Shown here piece by piece: positions 38,982-51,734 of a stretch of DNA of 64,000 nt. Origin of the DNA: Geosiphon pyriformis uo1 (taxonomy: Eukaryota > Fungi > Glomeromycota); NCBI GenBank assembly GCA_016748015.1, contig JAAOMT010000697.1, positions 628,868 through 692,867 on the forward strand, written 5' to 3'. Below the pieces are notes generated by a model, which saw only the letters and a program-made list of their open reading frames with translations, was not told the DNA's origin and did not search any database. The position numbers were made by a program, and so were the translations under genes. The first letter of the stretch is position 1. Every line of letters starts with the position of its first letter.

Positions 38982-39183
38982 ATTAGTTACTTTTCATGGA
39001 GCAAGGTGACATCAAGTATGTGAACTTGATTTTGATTGTCCTGAATAACTTGCTAGGCAAGTTTATTTAACAAGGCTAGAATTTATTCCAAGATGTTTGC
39101 GTCCGTTTTTGGTTGTTTCCTTCCGTATATCAAGAATAATTAATAAATAATGAGATAAAGAACTTGGCTATCAATTTTCTTAT

Positions 39184-40911
39184 CTACCTCCATTCTTCCC
39201 AGACCCTTTCCACTGTTTTCCCTTTGGTTTCTGGGACGTAACGTTTTACGGCCCAGAATGATACAAACAATAAAGCAGCAAATACATAAAATACATTCCC
39301 ACCCATAATTTCTCGTACATTCAGGAATAGAAGGGCAACTAAGAAATTAGAGATCCAGTTGACAGATAAACCCAGACTTGATGCAGTGGCGGCAGCATGA
39401 GTGTCAACAATTTCAGGATTGATCAAGAAAGGAATCGGTCCTAAACCAATCGCAAAGGTTCCTACGAATGCAATGATAGATATGGCTGCAAGCATCCCAT
39501 AATCCTTGGTAATGCCTAAAGCCAATAGGCTACTAGAAATAGTCATCAAAAAAATAGAAGAAAGTAGCAAAACTCTGCGTCCAACTTTATCAATTAAGGC
39601 CGCTGATAACAGTGTTACCGCAGTATTCACAATACTGATAAATACAGTAATCAAACCACTGGATTCTGGAAAATTTTTAGATAGAATAGTGGTCGAATAG
39701 AAAATCACTGCATTGATTCCGGAGAATTGTTGAATGAATTGCAGTAATAATATAGCAATCAAAGCAGGTCGGTAATGGGAATTCTTGACGAATTTTGCCA
39801 GACTAATATCGTGACTATAATTTTGCGCGCGAAACACAATTGCAGGACTCTGATTTGATTTTCCAGTGCTATCGTGTGGCGTTGATTGATCTCCATTTTC
39901 ATCATTTTGTACATCCTCACTATGGGAAGATATTAAACCCTCCAAGCCGTCATCAACAACTACGCTTTGCCATTCATTTAGTTCAGCCCCAACATCAGTC
40001 TTTCCTCTTAGCCGTTGCAGCGACTTTTTGGCTGGATCATACCCATTAGGTAATGTAATCAGATATTTGGGCGATTCCACGACAAATCCTAGCAATAAAA
40101 CTTGCACAAATGCGATGATAGCCCCAGTCAAAAGAATTAAACGCCATCCTGTAGTTGTGGAAAGGAAGAATCCTTCTATCTGGGCAAATAATATTCCAGT
40201 GACAATACCGAGTTGATTCATAACACCTACAAATTTGATATAGTTGACACAAGTATATATAAAAAGGAAGTTCAAATCTTGAATGATTGAAAATTTCACC
40301 AAAAGCGCCACGGTATTCTGAAGTGGATATTTCATTTAAATAAGTGGGCACAACCACCACGGCCTATTAAAATCATTGATTAGCAGGCCCCAGGATTGAG
40401 AAGTTACGGAGCTTATCACCCTGATACTTACTACACCAGACCCGATTCCAACTAAGATTCTTCCTATTATAAGTACACTCATCGAATTAGCAAGTCCCAT
40501 TAATAAAGACCCAACTCCTAAAAATATGCTATTGAACATCAAAGTCCAACGACGTCCCTTCCGATCAGCCCCCTTTGGGGCCAATAGTGACCCAAATAGA
40601 CCACCCAGAGTGAATATAGAAGTCACAATAGAAAATTCAGCGGCAGTCATTGGAATGCAAGGATGGAACGGAGAATCAAATGAGGTGAGGTCCGGGTCTT
40701 TAGGGCGACCTTCACAGGAAATCACTTTTTGAGGCGTATTGAGTTCACCAATCTGCCGCGTTATTTTACAAGAAATTCGTTTTCAATTTCTTTCCAAAAA
40801 AAAACGGAGCAGAGCTTGAGACACCCTTACATGATAACCATATTGAAAAGAACTCAAAGCAATTGAAAAAGAAACAAAGAGAAGATAAAAGGTAGGGGAT
40901 TGGTCCGTCAT
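39184..40911 (-). CDS. MFS sugar porter (GLUT-like; resembles the yeast vacuolar Vps73/Ybr241c type)
   Basis: SSFQYGYH, ADRKGRR, VPTYLNEIS, ESPKYL, QQFSGINAVIFYS, DKVGRR, GLGPIPF, VPETKGK. Three introns. Confidence 0.93.
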
Positions 40912-43032
40912 GACAAGTTTCTTGATTCACAATTAAAATTTCAACACAAGTTGATTAAAATGATAATTTAGTTGGTAGTACTGATAATCAATCATGCAAA
41001 AACGTGGCTGACACAAATATCATAGATTAATGTGTCGAGCCTCTTTATTAAATGCAAAAATATATAAATGTGCATTCAAGTTTTGTGTTATAAGCAAAAT
41101 CTACTGGCTTTTGCAAGTTGCTTTCTGCATTTAAAGCATCCAAATTATGGGTCAAAAATCACAACTTTGACAAATTTATTATTACCATCATCACTTTTGC
41201 TTTTGACATTATAACATGAATGCAAAAAATTTTCAGTTTAAAACAGAAAAAACAAACAGTATTTTTTTTATTAAGTTGTTTTTAATTTTAGCTTTGAGAG
41301 AAAATGATTGCTTATAAAAATAGATTTTGTAAATTTGTTTTTAATTTTATTTGAATTTATTTTTTATTTTAATAAAACAAATTTTGTAAATAACAATTTA
41401 ATAAATAAATAAAAACTGTTTTAAAATAACTTTATTAATTAATATTATTTTTATAAAAAACAGTCTTTTAAATAATATATATATTTTGTATTTAATTAAA
41501 TTAAATTATTTTCAAATACAAATAAAAACATTATTTTGAATAAGCTTTTTCTCTTATTAATCTTTCAATTATAAAAAGAACAAAAAAAAGATAAAAAAAT
41601 ATTTTAATATTTATATTGTTTATTAATATTAAAAAAAAAATTTTGGTTAATAATAAAATAATTTTCAAAAATACTTATTATTTTGTTTAATTTAAGAAAT
41701 TTTGTTTTTTCAAAAATTTGTTTTACAATATAATAATAACCAATTATTATAAAAATTATACAATTATTTAACAGTTTTTTTAAACACATTGAAAATAAGC
41801 CTTTTTTTTATTGATTTTTTAATCATTTAAAGTTAAAAAGCTATATATTACAATTTATAAGTATAATTAAATATTATAATTAGATTATACAATATTTTAA
41901 ACCATGTGCTATAATTAAAATAATCAAATTTTATATTTAACTTAAAAAAATAATGTTAAAATTCAAAATAGTATTATTTAAAAATATATAAAAAAAATTT
42001 TTTTATTGCTTTAAATTGATACAGTTTTCTTATCAAGTATTAATTCAATTGCATTTAATAAGAGATGCTACTCTTTTCCGTGCTTTTAACGAAGAAAATA
42101 TTGGTTTAACGGAATTACGAGAAGATTCTTCTGAATTAGATGAATAATGAAGAACAGCGTCTTTTTTACCACTCATCCACTTTTGGATTAGGGTTAGCAG
42201 AACGAAACAAAGAAGCGACTTAAAAACAAATTGTTCTCCCATCAACGAAAATTTCACGAGTTATCCCATGATATTGAGATTACCAATTTCTAAGTCTCAC
42301 CCGCGACTGAAGGGGGTCAGTGAATTAGTGATCAACTAAAAATGAAAGAATAAATACATTAAATGAATTGGGATATTTATCAAAGAACATTTCGTCTTCC
42401 CAATCGCGAAGCCTCGTACTGGATGTGAACTATACTTTATATAATGACGTTAATTTCTTTAAATGTACATTTTACCTGAAATTTTTATTTTGAAATTTTT
42501 AATAATCATATTAATTCCCATTGATCTTACTATATTAAGATATAAATCTATGTCCTCTTTTGAAACACAAAGTTTTAAAAACATTCTTTAGTTCACGTTA
42601 ATAATACGCAACATTAGATTATTAAAATTTAGGCATAAAAATGGTTATGTGTGTCCTGATATCAAGTCTATAGTGTAGAAAAAACCTGCGTAAAAGATCT
42701 AAATTATTTTAAATGCATTATATTTATTTCCTGGTTCATGTTTAGAAAGTGAGCCACACTTAAAGGATTAAATATATATATACGTATACATCAAAAACAT
42801 TATATCTTAAATTTTAATTGAAATTATGCACTTTTTTAAAATTACATGAAGAAATTTTACAAACAATAAACCTCTTTTTCATTCTAAAGCATTCAAACGA
42901 AATAAATGAACTAACGAACGAATGAATAAAATGAATTCCCCAGAAAGCAAAACTAAAAAATCCATGTCTGTTTTAAATTGCCATATATATTCTGAATGGC
43001 TTCATTATTATATTGTGCATCTTTCACTTCAT

Positions 43033-45650
43033 CTATTCAAAGTTAAACGCCAAATCCAACTCTGAAAAAAGGCCTTTATATTAAAAAAAATTTCAAAGAT
43101 TAAATAATAATAATTAAAAAGCTTACCGTTTTCAGAAACTAAAGGGCTTGAGATTTTTTGACTCTTATCATGGTTAGCACCTTGTATCGTTTTGTAATTA
43201 AATCTTTTTTTACCGATAGATTCATTTAAGTTACAGTTGTCGCGAGCAGCAATAACTCTTTGTTGAATTTCTTCCGCACTATCACGGGAATGCGGTTTAT
43301 CATCCCAATTTTTTTCAATCATTTCCTGAATACATTGAGGTGTATGCTTTTGGATTGGGAGGCGCCTTCCCTGAATTGTATATAATTGAATGGACATAGG
43401 ATCTTTAATACCATTCCACGGTCTTTCTCCTGAAATAATTTCCCAGGAAATAATCGCACAACTATAAATATCGCTATATTTCGTGTGAGGCGACAAGTTA
43501 CAAATTTCAGGCGCTAGGTATCGAACAACACCAAAAATTTCCCCAGGCTGTGGAGAGTAATTGGCAGGACGACATAATCCTAGGTCAGCAATGGCAACTT
43601 TTAAGGAGTTTGATTTTAATACAAGGATATTTCCAGGATGTAAGTCGCCATGCACCAGATTTGAATCATGTATAAATCTTAGACCACTAACGATTTGGAA
43701 AAGAATACGAAGAAACATTTCCCAAGTAAGAGTGTTTTCGTTCATCTTGAGAAAAGCTCTAAGGTCCCCGTGTTCCGCAAATGGTAAAACCATAATAAAT
43801 TCATCGGTTATGATATCTTTGGTTATTCCATAGCATTCAAGAATGTATTTGCAAGAGGCATTTGTAAGATGCGCAATAAACTATGGAAATATAGTTTTTA
43901 GGGTTAGAAAAAGAAATTAGAATAATAAAGATCACATAAATTTCTTAAAAAGAAATACCTCATCTGAATTAATATATTTAATATTTTGGCTATTTTTAAG
44001 ATATTTTAAAGCAACCTTTGTGACTCCAGTTCGTTCATACTTTTGAATTTTATTGTCCCAAAATAGAATTCTACCGTTCTTCCATCTACCTTCTTTAACA
44101 ATACCAAATCCTCCCACTCCCACCTTATCTAAAAATTCGATCTCGTCAGGAGAAATCCATTCCAGACAGCCTCTGCAGTTTTCAGAATTTCGCTGTGTGT
44201 ATAGGATATACTGATCAATATTATGATTTCCACTTTTCCATGTGTCCCAAATCTGTGAAAATCGTGATGTTTCACAAGATCCACACCAAAGTGGATCTTT
44301 TAATGCTCTATAGCATTCTAGACATTTCGGCAATACGGCTTTAAAGGTATCATCACTTTTATCAGTATCACAAAATGGACATATAGGAGATCCACTAATA
44401 ATTATATCCAATTTGCCACATTTAAAACACTTGAATTCATCTGAAAGCTGGTCAAAGAAAGCTTCAAAATCTAAAAATTCTCCTTTCAAATTATCTCGGT
44501 ATTTAAAGCCTCGATTTTGGAATCGTAAAATGTTATATTCCGGATTGTCTTGATCTTCTAAAGTAAGGTTATGGACATTCAAACAAGGAAAATCACTTCG
44601 ATTTGCCTCTGCTGCTTTCAAATAGAGTTTAAATGCTTTTTCCAAGTTTTTTGTGGTTCCCCATCCATTTTGATAGCACCATCCAAGGTTATATTGTGCA
44701 TTTTGATTTCCTGCCTCTGCTGTTTTTAACCAGAATTCAAATGTTTTTTCTGGATTTCTCATTGTTCCCCATCCATTTCGATAATACGTTCCAATACTGG
44801 TTTGTGGACTCGGATTTCCCACTTTTTCCAGATCTTCAGTTGTTTCCAATCGAATTCTAAGACCCATTTGTCCAAGTAAAGATCCCGCCTCTGCTGCTTT
44901 TGAATAGAGTTCAAATGCTTTTTCTAAGTTTTTCGTCGTTCCTTCTCCATATAGATAACATGTTGCAAGATTAGTTTGTGCATTTATATCTCCTGTCTCT
45001 GCTGCTTCTGAATAGAGTTCAAATGCTTTTTCCAAGTTTTTCGTTGTTCCACATCCATTATCATAACGAAGTGCAAGATTGAATTGTGCACCTGGATCTC
45101 CCGCCTCTGCTGCTTTTGAATAGAGTTCAAATGCTTTTTCTAGGTTTTTCGTTGTTCCACATCCTTTATGATAACAAAGTGCAATATTAGTTTGTGCATT
45201 TGTATGTCCTGTCTCTGCTGCTTTTGAATAGAGTTCAAATGCTTTTTCTAAGTTTTTCGTTGTTCCCCATCCATTTAGATAACATGTTGCAAGATTAGTT
45301 TGTGCAATTGTATGCCCCGCCTCTGCTGCTTTTGAATAGAGTTCAAATGTTTTTCCTCGATCTTGTGAAGTACCGATTCCATTATTATAACAATAACCTA
45401 AGAAGAATTGTCCAAAAGAATCTTTTGCCTTCGCTGCTTTCTGATATTCTAAAAATGCTTTTGTTAAATTAGGAATAGTTCCAATCCCATGTTCTAAACA
45501 AAAGCCGAGCAAAATATTGTCTATCGAACGCTTTGGACTTTTATTATTCAAGCAATTGAATAAGTCTTCAGGAGTTTTCTGATTGCGCACAAGATGATTT
45601 TTAACTAAGTCAGCAACTTTTGAATATTCACTAGCTGGAAAAATGGCCAA
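43033..45650 (-). CDS. Sel1-like repeat protein fused to a tyrosine-kinase-like kinase; start codon unresolved
   Basis: 36-aa Sel1 repeats (AQTNLATCYLNGWGTTKNLEKAFELYSKAAEAG), Cys-rich linker, WKSGNHNIDQYI...LEWIS, GVGGFG, VALK, HGDLHPGNIL, ADLGLC. Introns near 43883-43958 and 43064-43127. Confidence 0.9.
44590..45355 (-). repeat. Intragenic 108-bp tandem array encoding Sel1 repeats
   Basis: CTCTGCTGCTTTTGAATAGAGTTCAAATGCTTTTTC recurs with a 108-nt period. Confidence 0.93.
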
Positions 45651-46939
45651 ACTTTCTTTGATGACTATGAATGCTCCTTCAAACTATTCGAAAGATGCTG
45701 TTTTCTTTTGAATGGATGAAGTTGAAGGAAAGATTTCCAAGCAACACAAATACATTATAAAACTTAAATATTTTGGATAAGTAAAGAAAGATTTTTAAAG
45801 AGTTCGTCTTGTTAATAAATAAGGATTTCAACCTATAATTCCCAAAAAGGCTAGGCCTTGAAGAAATCTGAAACGCTAGAAAGTTCTGCCATAATTAAAC
45901 AAATATTTAGAAACCTCTTTATGAATTTTGTCAATAATTATTATAAAAAATGCTAAACCTCGATATTCAGTAAGCTCTTGTCTTTTAAGTTAAAGCATTT
46001 TAAATAAAATGGAGATTAAATAAAGATTAAAAGGATATATTAAAGGATTCATGAAACTATAAAAAAACATTAAATCTTGTTATTTCAAAACCACTATCAT
46101 TATTATTATTATTAACAAGTGTGGCCCAGCCGTAGTAAATTAATCATGCTGAGAAGCTATTCAACCAAATAATTTCTGTTCAAACCACTTTGGTAAACAT
46201 TAATTCCAAGTTTATTAGCAAACTTTATTACTTAATTAAAATCTCAATTTTTATATTTACATTATCTTATTATTTTTCTTATTCAAAAAGTAACAAACTT
46301 TGGAATTTTAAAATAATTTTACTAAAATCTTTTATGTTTTTTATTTTAAGTTTATGTTCAATTACTTGCACTTAATTTATAAATTCTAAAAGCTTTTCAT
46401 TATTAATTACATTAAATCAGTTTTATATTGCTAATAAAAATTCTTAAATCTTGTAAAATGCAAAACTACTTATTGTGTTATCAATTAACATAATAATATT
46501 TTTTGTGAACTAAAAGAACTTATATTTATGATGGTTTAAAATTATAATATAGTAGTGTTAAAAACCTGTTTTCTTCTGTTCTTTAAAAATAAAAAATAAA
46601 ATAATTGTTGATAAAAATACTATAAATTAAAACTTTAACAAAAATCAAATTAAAAATTTTATTTAAGTAATTTTTTATGATTTTTTAATAATTAATTTAA
46701 ATTATTGTTTTAAATTTTTTAGAAATATTATTATGTTATATTATAAACTAAAATAATATAAATTATTAAATAATATAATTTGTAAATTAAAAATTATATA
46801 AGCAAAATAAAATAAAATTAAATAATTAAGTATTAAAACTAAAACTACATATTATAATATTAATATAAATTTAATTTAAAAAAATTATAAAATAATATTT
46901 GTAATAATTATAATTATTTTTTAAATTTTATTTTTAGTT

Positions 46940-49900
46940 TTATTAATTGTTTATTTATTTATTTATTTTATTATTATTATTGCTTAATATAAAACAATTT
47001 AATAAATTATTATTATTATTTTTTATTATTAATTATTTTACAAATACAGTTCAACCACTACTTAAAATTATAAAACCATACAAGATTTTATATTAAGTAT
47101 AACTTATGTTTTTTCTATATATAACCAGCTATTCAGGCCAATTAAAACAGTATTATACATCTAAACTATTTACAACAAGAAAATTATACAAAAAACCAAA
47201 ATATACACTAAACAAATATAAATATAAACCAAAACAAATATGAATATCTAACTTAAAACCAAAATTATAAATCATTTTAAGAAACTATATAAATCTCAAA
47301 CCAGATACTGCTGAAATTACAGACTTATTATGTGGCAAAAAATTATGTTTTTTATAATATACTTTTTGTTTGGCAGTTGGCAACCATATAATAGATTTAT
47401 AATTCTTAACAAAACTTCAAACCAAATTAATGACCAACAACACATTATCAGATCTGCCATTTAATAAGTATACTATGTTTATTATTTACTCTTTTATCAT
47501 AAAGCCTTTGGCCAGCAACATATATAAACAATTAGAAGATTTAGTTTTACACAAAACGAAATTACTACACTATTAATAGTATAGATACTTAATAAATTAG
47601 TTTAACTTTCAATAGTCTTTAAAATCAGATCCAACTTGACACAATTATTGTAAATACAAGAAAATATATGGTCAAAATTTTTAATTAATTCATATTAAAT
47701 ACATAATACATTAAAATAATTCAAATAATATAATCTTTTTTTTTGGTTATAGACAACTGGCAATGTAAAGTTTTTATAAAGTAAGACTAAAGTATTATAG
47801 AAGCTAAATTAGTAAAATTTGAACAAACTTGACTATTAAAATACTATATATCAAAAATTTTATACATATTAATTAGATTACACAAAGACTTGTCTATAGC
47901 ATTATTGACATATTTGGAATTCCAACCAACAAAACTGACTGTTTTAAAAAAATACTTAACAAAATATTGGGCATTCTTAGAGACAAATCTGTTTTTAACA
48001 ACAAAAAAGTAACATAATATTCTAACAAGCAGCATAAAATTAGACATAGTAATAGTATCAACAAAAAAATTAACTTGTTTATTGCCAATAACCCCAAAAT
48101 AACCATTGATCTTGTTCTAATTGATTAATAAATTTTTTAACATAATAATATAACAATATATTTTTTTTCTATTCAGCATTTATTATAAAAATCAGAATTG
48201 ATATTTTTTCTAATTGAGATATTCATATTCAATAACATCTGACTATTTATAAATAATACAATTGAGTTAAACATAAAAACACATTTCAAAACAAAAATAA
48301 TAGTCTGCAGTTTTTCCAAAGTTAAAGAAAGCAAACTGTTTACTCTAATTTCTATATTTATGTCAATGTCCAAAAAGTAGACAATAACACCACCATAAGC
48401 ATTTATAAATCTCAAACTTTTGACCAAACCATTCATATAAACAATTATACTATTAAATTTACTTTTTGAAAAATACTTACAAATAAAATCAAATTCATCT
48501 AAACATCAAACAAGAGTGAAATAAGAAGCCAGAACACTATTACTATTTAGACCACTACTCTTAATAAACTTGACCAGTAAACTAAACCAACTAGAAACCA
48601 GATTTCTAAAATCCAGTTTTTTTTTACTTGTAAAATATACTTTATATAAAACACATATTATGATGATTTAAAAACTGGTTTGTAGAAATAATACCAAATC
48701 TCTTTAGCAAATTTATTATACTTAAATACTGTTCCAAGTCTAAAACATTTGCAATAGTAATACTATTACCAACTAAAAAACATTAGACAAATTATTGCCC
48801 AAAGATAACTTACATAATATTAAAATATTAATCATATTAGTTAGAAAACAGTTTATGAGATTAATTAACAATTTAGTTAAAAAGCAAAAAAGTTGCTAAA
48901 ACATTCAATTAATTGTCTGCAGATCTATAGCTTTGTGTTCAAATAATCTGCTAAGAATGTTTTTTGAGTTAACAAAAACTATTAAATTTGTCAAAAAATT
49001 TTTGGTTTGTAATTGTTTAAATAATTTTAAATCATATAATTCAAAATAGATAATGACTTTATTGAGGAAATTTTTAAATAAATTGGTCTTAAGTTTGAGT
49101 TTTTTTTAATAATCTGTTCTACTTTTTACATATACTTACTAAAATATAACTAAATTGTAATTTGTAGCCAATTATTGATTACAGAACAACTAAGATTATA
49201 TAAAGAAACTACTTGTTAAATACAATCTTTTTCAAAACCAGATTTGTAAAAAACTTAACATCTAAGTGAGCCTTAATAAAACTTGGTTTGGAAAAACTGT
49301 CTGTAGACAAAAAAATGTATAAGTATCTATGCAATTCACTCTTTCTAGCTATTAAAATGTCTAATTTACTTATTACTAAACAAGAAATTTTTACTTTTTA
49401 ATTAATAAGTATGACAACCATTTTATTTATATTTATTAAAATATTATTAATTTGAAAAAATTTGCTAACTATATTCAAAATATACTGAGTAGTGACCATG
49501 TCATTCCCAACCCAAATTGTGTTATTTACAAAAATCTTTGCTGTCAGAAAAGATATTATGTTACTTTTGAAATTTCACTTATCAATCTGTGTAAAAATTT
49601 TTAAATCTAATTTGCAGTCATATAAACTGTTATGTTTCTTAATTTTACAGAGCAAAAAGTCATAAAAAATTCTTTATAATAGAGACAAAAATACTTTACT
49701 CTAATTTAGTTTATTGTAAACAGTATACCTCTCTATAAGTCCAAAATCTGTCATTACTTGATTGATTTAATTATTGTGTATACTCTCAAAAAATGTAATA
49801 AAACAAAGACACATTTTAATTCTAATCAAACTGTTTTTTAAATAATATTACTTAACAGAATTATATGTTTTATATATGTCCTAAAAAACTAGTCACAGCT

Positions 49901-51734
49901 TTCTGTTCTTTTTTAATACATCTTTGATAATAGAATCAACAACAAAAATGGGAGTTTAAGTAAATATGTCTTTCAAAACTGAGAAATTATTATTATGCAA
50001 GATGTTAAAATTACTACAGACTAAAAAAATCCTATCTGAAAAAATCTTAAATAAAACTTTTTGAACAAAATTATTGGTTTAGTATTTGTAAAAGTTTTTT
50101 TTTAATCAAATGACTTTGGTATTATAGAAACTTAAGCTTTTTTCTATTATATAGAAACCATATCTAATGTTAAGCACATATTGAAAATATTTAATAAACT
50201 ATTCAAAACTTGCACATTACTATATTTCTAAAGCTTATTAGAGATACCAAAGAAACTAACAGCTTTTTTATTAGATAAATCCTTGACAACTTGCAAAAAT
50301 TCATCAAACTTAATATTGTATATTACTTTTAAGAAAACATTATTATCAACATAATTTAGAGGAACATATTGTTTAAACTATTTATTAGGCAAAACATTAG
50401 ACATTACACATTTTTTTATTCATTTTTTTATAATTATGTCAATCATAAACTTGACTTCATACAGCTCTAAAATCAAATTATTATTAACTACCAGATAATT
50501 AAATACTACTTTTTGAAATGGCTAATTCAAAATACTTCTGATTATTTTTTTTTTATTAGAACAGAAAGTTTTTATACACTTATTAATAGTTTTTTTAATG
50601 AGAACATTTTAGACAATTTTGAATTCATAATATTTGAATTTATGATATACTTTCTTAATTTTTAACAGATTATATAAAATTTTCTTTAAACTTACATTAT
50701 TTTCAATTATGATATGTAATTTGAATGTTTTTTTTTTATCAATTTTAGTTTACATATTAATAAAATGAACAGTATTTAAATCTTGATTTGAACTTAAATC
50801 TTTTATAATTTTGGCCACTAATAACTTTAGCTTAAAAAACTTAGATAATTACTTATTTTTTGAACATTCAAACTTGTTAAACCAAAGTCTAAAAAACATT
50901 TTATTAGCAAAACTCACTATTATTTTCTTCAAAATTTTTTACATAGTATCCAAATTACCACAATATTTTGTACTATTAAATTCAACTATTTTTTTTAAGA
51001 AATTGTTTAATGAGCATTTTTTGAATTATAATTATTTACTAATTTTAACTTTCTTAATTTTGAATTTCTATTTATTCTTATTAGTCTGTTTATAATCATT
51101 ATTAAGACAAACATTTAAAAGACTACTCAAGTTGACTGTAACTAAAACTGTCTTATAATTGGTATCAAAAAACTTAGACACAATGTTAATCTTATAACAA
51201 TAACCACAAACACCAGATTTTGGTTTACAAAAATAAAATCAATAATCTTTTTAACACTTTTAAAATTATTTTAAATAAGAGTTTTGGCTAATGAATGTTT
51301 ATTAAATAAGTTAACTAAGTCTAAATCCACACAAAACCTAAAACTTGCACTTTTTTTTGAGCTGTTTTTATTGAAATTCCCATTTAATACCACAAAAATA
51401 CTAGAATTAACAGTCTTAGCAATAAAAAATTTAATTTTCAATTCTTAATCAAATTTAGCTTTAGCAAAAACACTTGCATACAAGTCCAAAATCATAATTG
51501 ATACTTTATTCTTAAACAAAAGTTGCTGTTACTAAAAGATTTTTACATTTTTCAATACAAAAATTACAATATATACAATAGAAATTAACATTAAAAACCA
51601 ATAGAAATAAACAATTAATACATGTAATTTAATAACAACAAACTTTGTTATGCTTCAAAATTCTTATACACTCTTATTAGAACAATCTAATATTTCAGAT
51701 TTATAATTAATAGTTAAAAATAGTTATCAAAAAA
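46940..51734 (-). mobile_element. Decayed LINE ORF2 (endonuclease and RT), cut at its 5' side by a Gypsy LTR
   Basis: Minus-strand remnants at 49.85-50.1 kb correspond to the LINE RT blocks TNTRPI, NFSVLK and ELWLVLQDxxKAYDSV. FFDT(D)H-like endonuclease end near 51160. A-rich tail near 46950. Confidence 0.75.

Noticed and set aside
42045-42450. Moderately GC-rich patch as a possible ncRNA or small gene
   Set aside because: No recognisable tRNA, snRNA or protein motif could be supported.
44590-45355. CRISPR-like repeat-spacer array
   Set aside because: The 108-nt period is in-frame Sel1 coding repeats in a eukaryotic gene.
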